Shown: piece after piece, positions 30,687 through 39,422 of the stretch | Position numbering within the stretch: position 1 is the stretch's first letter | How the letters are laid out: each line of letters begins with the position of its first letter | Assembly: GCA_002299785.1 (NCBI GenBank) | Contig: DBNL01000070.1 | Location: 1 to 57,832 of the forward strand | DNA: 57,832 nt | Reading direction: 5' to 3' | Source of the DNA: Verrucomicrobia bacterium UBA673 | Lineage (GTDB): Bacteria > Verrucomicrobiota > Verrucomicrobiia > Limisphaerales > UBA1096 | Position numbers and translations under genes: made by a program | Notes under the pieces: generated by a model | Told to the model about the DNA's origin: nothing | Databases searched by the model: none | What the model saw: only the letters and a program-made list of their open reading frames with translations

Positions 30687-31571
30687 ATGCGGTACATCCG
30701 TGACATCCACGCCGACAAACAGGTCACCGGCCAGCCCACGATCTCTTTCGAGTTTTTTCCGTTCAAGACTCCCCAGGGCGAAGCGACTTTTTTTGGCAAG
30801 ACTCTTCCGGCATTGATGACGGCCAAGCCGGACTACGCCTCCGTCACTTACGGCGCGGGCGGCAGCACCCGCGAGAAAACACTCGAGATCGTTGAGCGTA
30901 TCCAAAACGACTTTGGCCTCACCACGATGGCGCATCTCACCTGTATTAAACACACGCGGGCAGAGATCGGCGGCATCCTCGACGAGGCGGCAAATCGCGG
31001 CATTCAAAACATCCTCGCCTTGCGTGGTGACCCGCCTCCTGGCGAAAATTGGGCACAGACCGAGGGCGGCTTCGAGTACGCCTCCGAGTTGATTGCGTTC
31101 CTCCGCGAGCGTGGTGGCTTCGGTATCGGTGCCGCCGGTTTTCCGGAGGGCCACATCGATTGCGTCGAGGGCCGCGAAACCGATTGGCGTCATCTCGTCG
31201 GCAAGATCAACAGCGGCGCCGACTTCGTCATCACGCAGATGTTCTTCGACAACGCCGACTACTTTCGGCTTGCCGATTTCCTGAAAGGGCAGGGCGTCGC
31301 CGCGCCGCTCTTCCCCGGCATCATCCCTGTGGCCAACGCCGGGCAGATCAAGAAATTCAGCGCCATGTGCGGCGCGAAACTGCCGGAGTCGTTCGCCTCG
31401 CGGCTCGACGAACTGGGCGACGATGCGGAGGCTGTTCGCGAATACGGCATCGAGTACGCCACGGCGCAGTGCCGCGAACTGCTCGATCGCGGAGCACCCG
31501 GACTGCACTTTTACACCCTCAACAAAAGCAAGGCCGTGTTGCAAATCCTCGGCAATCTCGACCTCGCCTGA
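30687..31571 (+). CDS. metF: Methylenetetrahydrofolate reductase
   Basis: ISFEFFPFKT, VTYGAGGSTRE, HLTC and ALRGDPP motifs. The ORF opens at 30609, but the ATG at 30687 fits family N-termini. Confidence 0.85.
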   Translation: MRYIRDIHADKQVTGQPTISFEFFPFKTPQGEATFFGKTLPALMTAKPDYASVTYGAGGSTREKTLEIVERIQNDFGLTTMAHLTCIKHTRAEIGGILDEAANRGIQNILALRGDPPPGENWAQTEGGFEYASELIAFLRERGGFGIGAAGFPEGHIDCVEGRETDWRHLVGKINSGADFVITQMFFDNADYFRLADFLKGQGVAAPLFPGIIPVANAGQIKKFSAMCGAKLPESFASRLDELGDDAEAVREYGIEYATAQCRELLDRGAPGLHFYTLNKSKAVLQILGNLDLA

Positions 31572-31584
31572 AGAACGGCGCGGG

Positions 31585-33540
31585 ATGAACTTTCGGTTTC
31601 TGCCAATACTTATCGCGGCGCTCGTTTGGCCAAGCGCTTGGCCAAGCGCTGAGGACACTCCGGCATTGGAGGACGGGTTGGCCGTCACCTTCAAGTTGGC
31701 AGCCGGCGGCGCGGCGGATCACACCGTGCGGCCGCATTTCATGTTGTACGTCTCGGCCGGCGAGGAACCGAGTCCATTTATTGCGCCCGGGCCGTTCACG
31801 GCCGAGTGGGAAGGGGTGATCCATCTCGACCTGCGCGACCGGTTTATTTTTCAGGCCGAACTTAACGGGAGCCTCAAGCTGGAACTCAACGGCAACCCGG
31901 TGATGGAGGTATCAGGTACGGGAGGGATGACCGATCCGACCAAGCGCATCCGGCTTAACTCCCGCAGCAACACGCTCAAGGCGACCTTCACGTCGCCGGA
32001 AAAAGGGGACGCCTTTTTTCGACTGTACTGGTCGACGCCCGACTACGGCAACGAACCGATCCCACCGAAGTACCTCAAGCATATGCCCAACGAGGCCTTG
32101 GCCGAGCGTGTGTCGCTGCGGCGAGGTCGGCAGTTGGCGGCGGAGCATCGGTGTTTCAAGTGCCACGCCACCAATGCGCCGGGGAGTGGTATGCCGGAGT
32201 TGGCGATGGACGCGCCCGCGTTTGAAGGGGTCGGCTCGCGGCGAGGAGTCGACTGGATGGCCGACTGGGTGCTGAACCCGAAGAAGCTGAGGCCAAGCGC
32301 GAAAATGCCGGCTATGCTGCACGGCTCGGCAGCCGAGGCGGATGCACGGGCGATCGCCGCCTATCTCGGTTCGCTGAAAAGCGGGCAGCCGATCAGGTCG
32401 GTTCCAGTGGATGCGGGCGTTATCTCAGCAGGGCAGGCGTTGTACAAGCAATTGAACTGCGCCGCCTGTCACACGCTGGAAAAAGAGCCGGTCGCACCGG
32501 ATAAGATGGCGCTTGGCCAGGCGCAGCGGAAATTTAGCCAAGCGGGGGCACTGTCGGCGTTCCTGCAAAATCCGCAGGCGCACTACAAATGGATTCGTAT
32601 GCCGAATTTCGCGCTGGCGGAAAAAGAGGCCAACGCGCTCGCAGCATTTTTGTTTTCAAAATCGACTCCAACCAAGGCGGGTTCACCGGCCTCCGATGAC
32701 TCGAGGATTGCCGCCGGGAAAAAGTTGGTCAGCTCAACCGGCTGCTTAAATTGCCATTCGATGAAGTTGGAAAACTCGTTCTCTGTGGCGGCGATCTCGG
32801 ACTTGGCCAAGGGCTGCCTCGCGGATTCGCCGTCGGAATCGTCGTTGCAATTTGGTTTCGCGGAGGAGGAGCGCTTGGCGTTACGCCTGTTTATGAAAAA
32901 GGGTAGGGCATCGCTTGGCCAGGCGAGCCTCGCGGAGTTCGCCCTGCGGCAGACCGCCGACTCAAACTGCCGCAACTGTCACGGCCAGATGGAAAGCGTG
33001 CCTCCGTTTGAAGTGCTCGGCGGCAAGCTCAAGCCGGGCTGGGCGGAGAAACTGCTGCTCGGCACGCTGGGTGAACGGCCGAGGCCGTGGCTGCACGCAC
33101 GGATGCCAGCCTTCCCGGCGCGCGCCAGCGACTTGGCCAAGGGCTTGGCCTTGCTAAACGGGTATTCGCCGGTGACTCCGCAGGAACCACCAGTGGACCC
33201 GGAGAAGGCGAAGGTCGGTCGCAAGCTGGTCTCGGCGAACGGTGGTTTTTTCTGTTTCAGTTGCCACGCCATCGGTTCGCTCAAGCCGGCGCAGGTGTTC
33301 GACGCGCAGGGGATCAATCTTGCCAATGTCGGTGAACGGTTATTGCCGGAGTATTTTCAGCGCTGGATGCGTAACCCGCTGCGGATCGATCCGCAAACCA
33401 AGATGCCGGCCTATTTCAACCAGGGCCAAAGCGCCCTTTTCGACGTGCTGGACGGCGATGCGGAGCAGCAGATCGAGGCGCTATACCACTATATTTTGCA
33501 GGGCAACAAGATGAATCCGCCCGAGGTGCCGGGGCAGTAG
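31585..33540 (+). CDS. Secreted PA14-like domain protein with five CxxCH motifs (PVC-type heme-binding protein)
   Basis: Signal peptide MNFRFLPILIAALVWPSAWPSA. PA14-like N-domain (FTAEWEGVIHL...). CFKCH, CAACH, CLNCH, CRNCH and CFSCH. The ORF-track start at 31423 overlaps metF, so the ATG at 31585 is preferred. Confidence 0.75.
   Translation: MNFRFLPILIAALVWPSAWPSAEDTPALEDGLAVTFKLAAGGAADHTVRPHFMLYVSAGEEPSPFIAPGPFTAEWEGVIHLDLRDRFIFQAELNGSLKLELNGNPVMEVSGTGGMTDPTKRIRLNSRSNTLKATFTSPEKGDAFFRLYWSTPDYGNEPIPPKYLKHMPNEALAERVSLRRGRQLAAEHRCFKCHATNAPGSGMPELAMDAPAFEGVGSRRGVDWMADWVLNPKKLRPSAKMPAMLHGSAAEADARAIAAYLGSLKSGQPIRSVPVDAGVISAGQALYKQLNCAACHTLEKEPVAPDKMALGQAQRKFSQAGALSAFLQNPQAHYKWIRMPNFALAEKEANALAAFLFSKSTPTKAGSPASDDSRIAAGKKLVSSTGCLNCHSMKLENSFSVAAISDLAKGCLADSPSESSLQFGFAEEERLALRLFMKKGRASLGQASLAEFALRQTADSNCRNCHGQMESVPPFEVLGGKLKPGWAEKLLLGTLGERPRPWLHARMPAFPARASDLAKGLALLNGYSPVTPQEPPVDPEKAKVGRKLVSANGGFFCFSCHAIGSLKPAQVFDAQGINLANVGERLLPEYFQRWMRNPLRIDPQTKMPAYFNQGQSALFDVLDGDAEQQIEALYHYILQGNKMNPPEVPGQ
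31626..31649. repeat. Tandem duplication of the 12-mer TTGGCCAAGCGC inside the signal-peptide coding region
   Basis: TTGGCCAAGCGC occurs twice back to back and is translated as WPSA-WPSA. Confidence 0.9.
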
Positions 33541-33717
33541 TTTTTTTAAAGAAACGGCTAGTGATACCGAGTTTAATCTCGGAACGAATCGAATGGATTT
33601 AGATTTATGTTCCGCTGATTTTTTAAAGACAGATTAACTGTTTGTCATCAATTGATTGCATTTTTCCTACACACGGAGGTCTCAGGCCTTTTATCGCGAA
33701 TTAGTGAGCCTAAAGAA

Positions 33718-33894
33718 ATGGGTGTGTCTAACGGGAATTATAGTGATGATGATCAGTTGGGTGTCAGTTGGCATTCATCTCGGCTTACGAGAGTGGACCG
33801 GGCGAAGGCCGAGGCTGAGTTTTTCGCCCAACGCGTCCGGTTGATGCACCGTCTTCGTGATCGCGACTATCCTTATCCTGAAGAGATCAAGTAA
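33718..33894 (+). CDS. Possible small protein (58 aa), hypothetical
   Basis: An ORF inside an AT-rich 425-bp gap (MGVSNGNYSDDDQLGVSWHSSRLTRVDRAKAEAEFFAQRVRLMHRLRDRDYPYPEEIK). No clear RBS and no recognisable family. Confidence 0.2.
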   Translation: MGVSNGNYSDDDQLGVSWHSSRLTRVDRAKAEAEFFAQRVRLMHRLRDRDYPYPEEIK

Positions 33895-33965
33895 CTCGCT
33901 GTTTGGTGGTTGGGAATTTCAGTTGATCTTCCGTCTTTCCTGCCGTATTCCCTGCGGCGCTTCAT

Positions 33966-34709
33966 ATGAGTTTACATGGAAAAACTGCTTTGGTGACCGG
34001 CGGCGCCCGGGGAATTGGCTTCGCCACGGTGCAGCGTCTTTTACGGGAGGGTGCGTGCTGCGTGATTTGGGACCGCGACCCGGCGGCGATCGACGAGGCC
34101 ACCGTAAACCTCGCCGACGCGGGAGAAGTGACTAGCGACACGGTCGAGCTTGCCAAGCCGGAATCGGTCGAGGCTGCGGCTGCCCAGGCGCTTGGCCGTC
34201 ATGGGCAAATCGACATTCTCGTCAACAACGCCGGCATCGCTGGCATCAACAAGACACTTTGGGAATGCACGCCGCAAGAGTGGCGCGATGTGATGGAGAT
34301 CGACCTGTTCGGCGTGTTCCTCTGCTGTCGCGCTTTCGTGCCGGGTATGATTGAGGCGGGTTGGGGCCGGATCGTCAACGTCGCCTCGATTGCCGGCAAG
34401 GAGGGCAACCCGACGGCGTCGCATTACAGCGCGGCCAAGGCCGGGGTCATCGGCTTGACCAAGTCGCTGGGTAAAGAGTTGGCCGACACAAACATCCGGG
34501 TGAATTGCATCACGCCGGCCGTGATCGAGACAGAGATTCTCGAGCAATGCACGCAGGCGCATATAGATTACATGGTGTCAAAAATCCCGATGGGCCGTGT
34601 TGGCCAGCCGGCCGAAGTGGCGGCTATGATTGCCTGGCTATCGTCGGATGAAGTGTCTTTCAGCACAGGTGCCGTGTTCGACATTTCCGGCGGCCGAGCA
34701 TCGTATTAA
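33966..34709 (+). CDS. SDR-family oxidoreductase (FabG-like)
   Basis: TGGARGIG cofactor motif, NNAG, and catalytic YSAAK. Confidence 0.85.
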   Translation: MSLHGKTALVTGGARGIGFATVQRLLREGACCVIWDRDPAAIDEATVNLADAGEVTSDTVELAKPESVEAAAAQALGRHGQIDILVNNAGIAGINKTLWECTPQEWRDVMEIDLFGVFLCCRAFVPGMIEAGWGRIVNVASIAGKEGNPTASHYSAAKAGVIGLTKSLGKELADTNIRVNCITPAVIETEILEQCTQAHIDYMVSKIPMGRVGQPAEVAAMIAWLSSDEVSFSTGAVFDISGGRASY

Positions 34710-34724
34710 AGACGAAATCAGGCT

Positions 34725-36308
34725 CTATGATTTCTTATTTTTATAGCTGGCAACCACCTGCTCGCTCAGCGCGGAGTCGGGATTTTCTGCGAAAGACTCG
34801 TCCAGCTCAAACTCTGTTCTACCGCTGTTTTTGGATATCAGTTTCAAGCCGAAGTGCAGATCCCGGAAGTGTTCCTTGCAGAACTCGTAAACGGAGAGCG
34901 ATGAGGCCTTGGCCAGGCGAGTGAGTTGCTTGCGGGCTTTGTCGGTGAACTTGATCGACAGGCTATGCTGGCTGGAGAACGCCTCAGCAAACTGTTTCAG
35001 AGTGTTGTCCACTTCGTTGTCTTCCTGTTCCGGCGCGTTTGACAGCAGCGTTTCCAGCGCGGTGCCGGGATCATCGATCAGTGCGGCATCGACGGCGAAC
35101 TCCTTCACGCGGGAGGAGGGCAACTCGAACTTCAGGTCGCGTAACACCTTTTCGCAGACAGTCATCAGGCCGCGAGCGCCGGTTTCTTCATCGATCGCCA
35201 ACTCGGCGATTCGCCGCAGTCCGTCATCCTCGAACCGGGTGTTGATGCCGTACGCGGCGAATGACTGTTTGTACTGGCGGATGATGCTGCCTTCGCTGCT
35301 CTTGAGAATCTGCTCGAGGTCATCGACTGAAAGCGGATGGCAGACTACACGCACTGGCAGGCGGCCGATGAACTCCGGCTCGAAGCCGAACTTGATGAAG
35401 TCGGGTGTCCTCGCGTGTTCGAGAACCCGTTCGCCCTCCACCTCTTCCTGTGTCCCTGCGGCGAACCCGATGGAGGATTCCTTCAGTCGACGGCCGACGA
35501 TTTTGTCGAGATGTGCAAACGCCCCGCTTACGACAAAGAGGATATGGCGTGTGTTGATGGTGTCGCCCTCTTTTTTGCCACCGCGCATGCCCTGCATCAT
35601 TGCCTGGATTTGCCCGGCCATGTCGTGCTGTGACCGCGCCGGCACCTCGGTTTCCTCCATCAGCTTGAGCAATGTGGTCTGTACCCCCTGGCCGCTCACG
35701 TCACGGCCGCCCTGTTGCTCGGAGGATGAGGCAATCTTGTCGATCTCGTCGATGTAAATGATGCCGTAACGAGCACGGTCGACGTCGCCGTCTGCCTGCC
35801 GGACGAGGTCTCGGACGAGGTCCTCGACATCGCCGCCGACGTAGCCTGTCTCGGAGAACTTGGTCGCGTCGGCCTTGACGAACGGAACGCCGATTAACTC
35901 GGCGATGCTGCGGATAAGGTAGGTTTTGCCGACGCCGGTCGGGCCAATGAGCATGACGTTCTGCTTAGTGTAATGGCCCTGCTCCTCACCGTCGAACGCT
36001 TGGCGCACGGCGTTGTAATGGTCACACAACGCCACGCTCAGCACTTTTTTGGCCTCCTCCTGCTTGATGACGTAGCGGTCGAGGTGCGTCTTGACGTCGC
36101 GCGGTTTGTAGTCGAAATCGAAATCGGCCCGGGTGGGCTCTGGCTCGGGCTGAGTGACGGTGTCGGTCGGCTCAGCACCGGCGAAGCCGGGTGTGCCGAA
36201 CGTCTTGAATTGTTTCTGCAGGAAATCCTGCATCTGTTTCTGGAATTCTTCGGGGGATGTAGGGCCGCTCATGTTCGTTTCCTCTGACACTGTATCAAGT
36301 ACCTCCAA
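34725..36308 (-). CDS. ClpX-family AAA+ ATPase lacking the N-terminal zinc-binding domain, with a C-terminal extension
   Basis: HLDRYVIKQEEAKKVLSVAL, Walker [11 protein letters not shown], pore loop GYVGGDVE, Walker B IIYIDEIDK, IGF tripeptide (SSIGFAAG), and sensor GARGL. No Cys cluster at the N-terminus. About 120 extra residues follow the normal ClpX end. Confidence 0.8.
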   Translation of the reverse strand: MEVLDTVSEETNMSGPTSPEEFQKQMQDFLQKQFKTFGTPGFAGAEPTDTVTQPEPEPTRADFDFDYKPRDVKTHLDRYVIKQEEAKKVLSVALCDHYNAVRQAFDGEEQGHYTKQNVMLIGPTGVGKTYLIRSIAELIGVPFVKADATKFSETGYVGGDVEDLVRDLVRQADGDVDRARYGIIYIDEIDKIASSSEQQGGRDVSGQGVQTTLLKLMEETEVPARSQHDMAGQIQAMMQGMRGGKKEGDTINTRHILFVVSGAFAHLDKIVGRRLKESSIGFAAGTQEEVEGERVLEHARTPDFIKFGFEPEFIGRLPVRVVCHPLSVDDLEQILKSSEGSIIRQYKQSFAAYGINTRFEDDGLRRIAELAIDEETGARGLMTVCEKVLRDLKFELPSSRVKEFAVDAALIDDPGTALETLLSNAPEQEDNEVDNTLKQFAEAFSSQHSLSIKFTDKARKQLTRLAKASSLSVYEFCKEHFRDLHFGLKLISKNSGRTEFELDESFAENPDSALSEQVVASYKNKKS

Positions 36309-36396
36309 AAATGTATCATACAGGCGGCTTTTTTGAAGGAAAATGACAAACCACCGGGAAGCCGCTAAAGTGGCCCAGCCAAAGCTTGGTCAAGCG

Positions 36397-37203
36397 ATGC
36401 CGGAATTTTACGACACACACGCCCACTTGGACTTCCCCGATTTCCGCGAGGAGTTGGATGAGGTTGTGCAGCGAGCCGCTGAGGTGGGCATCTCGCGTAT
36501 TGTCACCATCGGCACGGATTTGGAAAGCAGTCGCCGCGCGATCGATTTGGCCAAGCGCTTCGACGGCGTGTTCGCCGCAGTAGGTTGGCATCCCAACGAC
36601 TGCCTCTCAGCTCCGGACGATGTGCGCGGTGAGCTCGAGGGCTTGGCCAAGGCGGCGAAAGTGGTCGCCATCGGTGAGATCGGCATTGACCACTATCGGC
36701 TGCCAAGCACGCGCGGCGGATCAGCCGCAGATGACGAGGTGTTCAAGGCCCGGCAGATTACCCTATTTCAACAGCAGCTCGAGGTTGCGGCCAAGCTAGG
36801 GCTGAATGTGGTGATTCACCAGCGGGCGGCGTTCGAGGCGTGCATCGAAGTTTTCGAGTCATTTGCAGATCGGGTGCGGGGGGTGTTTCATTGTTTCGTG
36901 AATGAACCGGCGGCGGCCCGGCGGGTGATTGACTTGGGCTCGCTGGTTAGCTTTACCGGTGTTTGCACCTTCAAGAATGCAGGCGACGTGAGAGAGTCGC
37001 TGGCCTCGGTGCCACTGGACAAATTGATGCTGGAAACCGACGCGCCGTTCCTAGCGCCGGTGCCGTATCGGGGCAAACGCTGCGAACCGGCCTATGTGCA
37101 GGAAATCAGCCAAGTGGTCGCCGAGACGAGGGGGATCGGGCTGGAGGAACTGGCCGAGGCCACTGGCACGACGGCCCGGGGATTTTTCAAGGGGCTGGAA
37201 TAG
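36397..37203 (+). CDS. TatD-family metal-dependent hydrolase
   Basis: FYDTHAHLDF, GEIGIDHY and ETDAPFL motifs. The ORF opens at 36343. Confidence 0.85.
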   Translation: MPEFYDTHAHLDFPDFREELDEVVQRAAEVGISRIVTIGTDLESSRRAIDLAKRFDGVFAAVGWHPNDCLSAPDDVRGELEGLAKAAKVVAIGEIGIDHYRLPSTRGGSAADDEVFKARQITLFQQQLEVAAKLGLNVVIHQRAAFEACIEVFESFADRVRGVFHCFVNEPAAARRVIDLGSLVSFTGVCTFKNAGDVRESLASVPLDKLMLETDAPFLAPVPYRGKRCEPAYVQEISQVVAETRGIGLEELAEATGTTARGFFKGLE

Positions 37204-37263
37204 CTGATTTTTTCCGCAAAAATCGCGTGATTTTTTTGGGAACGAGGTATAGCTTCCAACGCC

Positions 37264-38886
37264 ATGTGGATTTATCTGCTTATCGTTCTGTTATTACTGA
37301 TCCTCGCATCGGAGAGTTATTTCAAGGGAGGAGTCAATGCCTTGCTCACATTGCTTGGCGTGGTTTTGGCAGTGAATGTCGCCGATTCTTTCGGCCCGAT
37401 GGCGTTTCAGTGGATGGGCGACAAGTGGTGGCCGATCGATGGACACCCGTTTTGGAACCGCGCCGTGCCGGTCGTGGCCGGCTTCATCACCCTGGTGGTG
37501 GTTTTTTCCATCCTCGGTACGGTGGCCAGCATCATGGTGCGCAAACGGCTGGAGTCCCAGTGGGAGGATTACAAGCTGGAAAACTACAAGACCATGAATC
37601 GGAAGTTCGGGCTCTGCGTTGGCCTGATCACGGCGAGCGTTTACTCGGTGATGGGGCTGACGCTCATTTACCAGTTGGGCAACTTCACCGGGCCGCTCAG
37701 TCACGACACGGATCCCTGGCCGTTGAAGACGCTGAACGAAGCTCGCGAGCAACTTGACAACACACCGTTCATTAAGTTGGCGGCCGCGTATGACAAGACG
37801 CCGGAACTGGATTATGAGGTTCGCGACACCTTGGCCCTGTTGTTGAAGAATCGCGCCAGTACGATCGAGAATCATATGCGCGCCTATCCGGGTTTCTTCG
37901 CTTTAGGGGAAACGGAGGAGATCAAGGGTCTGCTGGGAGACGAGGAAGAGGAGGAGGAAGAGGAGGAAGAATACGGGGGCTATGGCACTGAGGATGAGGC
38001 TGAGGATGATGATTCGCTGTATGCCATGTGGAAAAGCGGATCCCTCTCACTGACCAACCTGTTGAGCAACAGCGAGGTAGTTTCCACCGTCAACGAACGG
38101 TATGAGGAGTTGAAAGCCATCGAGCCGAATTCGGCAGAGGAGAAGAAGCTAATGGCATTCATGGATGATATTCGGCATTTCTTTAAAACCGGCGAGTCGG
38201 AGCTTTACACTAAGGATGCCATTGTCGGCCGATGGAGATTTGCGCCGAACGTTTCGCTGCGTGAAAACAAAAAGACAAGAACATCCATTTCGGTGGAGGA
38301 GATGAGGGAAATCCAGTCCACAGTCGGGAAAATGCGCCGGGTGACGTTGCAGGTTTGGCCGGGGGCGGATCAAAAACAAATTCGCGTCAACGGCCTCTCC
38401 GTTGGTGGTGCCTTCGATGACGTTCTCAAGAAGTTGCGTACGCTTTACCAAAAGGCCGTTGATGACGGAGATATCGATGATGACGCGTTCGGCTACGGAG
38501 GAGGGTACAGCCAGCCGGCTGGTTTTGAGCAGGCATACGGCACACAAGGGGAAGGAGAAGAGAGCCAAGGCAAAGTTGATGAGGTGAAACGGATGTTGAC
38601 CTGGATTCAAGCCAAGGATCCCAACTGGGTGCGAATACAACTCACCCAAAGCATGCTTGAAGGTGACATCATGCGGATTGGCTCCGGTAAATGGGAAGGC
38701 TCCGGGATCCGTTTTCAAGTCAATGTCAAGCCGGACAAGTTGAACTTGAGCAAGGAAGCTGAGTTCCTTGCTGGGAGTTTGAAAGCCGGATGGCCTCTTC
38801 GCTCTGGCAAGCTAAACACAAGCATCGTGAAAGGCCGCCTTCATGTCCGATCCGGGATGGACGTGTTTGTCTTCACGCGCTACTAG
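37264..38886 (+). CDS. Membrane protein with a CvpA-like 4-TM N-terminus and a large soluble C-terminal region (hypothetical)
   Basis: Four hydrophobic helices in the first roughly 170 aa, an acidic tract D-E10 (37939-37971), and no catalytic motif recognised. Confidence 0.55.
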   Translation: MWIYLLIVLLLLILASESYFKGGVNALLTLLGVVLAVNVADSFGPMAFQWMGDKWWPIDGHPFWNRAVPVVAGFITLVVVFSILGTVASIMVRKRLESQWEDYKLENYKTMNRKFGLCVGLITASVYSVMGLTLIYQLGNFTGPLSHDTDPWPLKTLNEAREQLDNTPFIKLAAAYDKTPELDYEVRDTLALLLKNRASTIENHMRAYPGFFALGETEEIKGLLGDEEEEEEEEEEYGGYGTEDEAEDDDSLYAMWKSGSLSLTNLLSNSEVVSTVNERYEELKAIEPNSAEEKKLMAFMDDIRHFFKTGESELYTKDAIVGRWRFAPNVSLRENKKTRTSISVEEMREIQSTVGKMRRVTLQVWPGADQKQIRVNGLSVGGAFDDVLKKLRTLYQKAVDDGDIDDDAFGYGGGYSQPAGFEQAYGTQGEGEESQGKVDEVKRMLTWIQAKDPNWVRIQLTQSMLEGDIMRIGSGKWEGSGIRFQVNVKPDKLNLSKEAEFLAGSLKAGWPLRSGKLNTSIVKGRLHVRSGMDVFVFTRY

Positions 38887-38911
38887 CGGAGCGCCACGAC
38901 ATTTTCACTGA

Positions 38912-38939
38912 AAGCAGCCAAGAAATTGGCTGCTTTTTA
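38912..38939. terminator. Rho-independent terminator between convergent genes
   Basis: An 11-bp stem AAAGCAGCCAA (38912-38922) / TTGGCTGCTTT (38927-38937) with loop GAAA, followed by a T-run. Confidence 0.6.
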
Positions 38940-39422
38940 TTTGGGTGTGTGGACGGTATTTGAAGCGGATTTGTCCTGGTAAAAGGAGGAATCGATCTTG
39001 GCCGGGAGTGGTGTCAGTCCGGTTCCTGGGTTCATGAGGATGCGCGGTGGCTGTGCCTCGCTTTTGTTCAGCAGCAGCCCGCTGCCAGCCAGTGTGTTTT
39101 GCCCTTGGCCAAGCGGCTCGGGCGATGTCTCTTCATCGGTTTGGCCAAGCGGTTCCGGCTCCGTCTCAGCCATATTGGAACCTTCATCCAGAGCGAACAG
39201 CACTCCCAGGCCGATGACGGCTGCAAAGATGGCCGCTGCGGTACGCAACGGATCCACCTGGTCGTTGAGCCGCTCCCAAAGTGTCGGCTTGGGTGCAGGC
39301 TCCTCAAGTCGCGTCAGCACCTGGTCGGAGAACCGGTCAAAAAAACCTTCCTCCGGTTTTTCTTTTTCTTTTGAAGCCAGCAGTTTCTGCAGCTTGTCGA
39401 ATTCCTTTGGGTCGGGTTCCAT
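38937..39422 (-). CDS. Putative anti-sigma factor (single-pass membrane protein)
   Basis: 161 aa. Its ATG overlaps the sigma-factor stop (TAATG). One TM helix (AAAIFAAVIGLGVLFAL). The longer ORF-track version (to 39692) runs out of frame through the sigma gene. Confidence 0.45.
   Translation of the reverse strand: MEPDPKEFDKLQKLLASKEKEKPEEGFFDRFSDQVLTRLEEPAPKPTLWERLNDQVDPLRTAAAIFAAVIGLGVLFALDEGSNMAETEPEPLGQTDEETSPEPLGQGQNTLAGSGLLLNKSEAQPPRILMNPGTGLTPLPAKIDSSFYQDKSASNTVHTPK

Noticed and set aside
30495-31694. A 399-aa minus-strand ORF antisense to metF. Similar long antisense or out-of-frame ORFs occur at 12566-13453, 19072-19833, 22679-23491, 34909-35757, 36963-37757, 40436-41509, 44976-46100, 48407-49081, 49097-49879, 53226-54227 and 55104-55955.
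   Set aside because: Each lies opposite or out of frame to a gene with unmistakable family motifs (metF, gap, phoH, clpB, clpX-like, tatD, polyprenyl synthase, mlaD, clpC, UDG, membrane protein). Their translations are Arg/Ala/Pro/Ser-rich low-complexity sequence typical of spurious ORFs in high-G+C DNA.
33760-33790. AP2-type DNA-binding domain resemblance (GVSWH) in the 58-aa ORF.
   Set aside because: Only about 5 residues match, and the rest of the AP2 beta-sheet/helix pattern is missing. It is kept only as a low-confidence remark in the corresponding finding.
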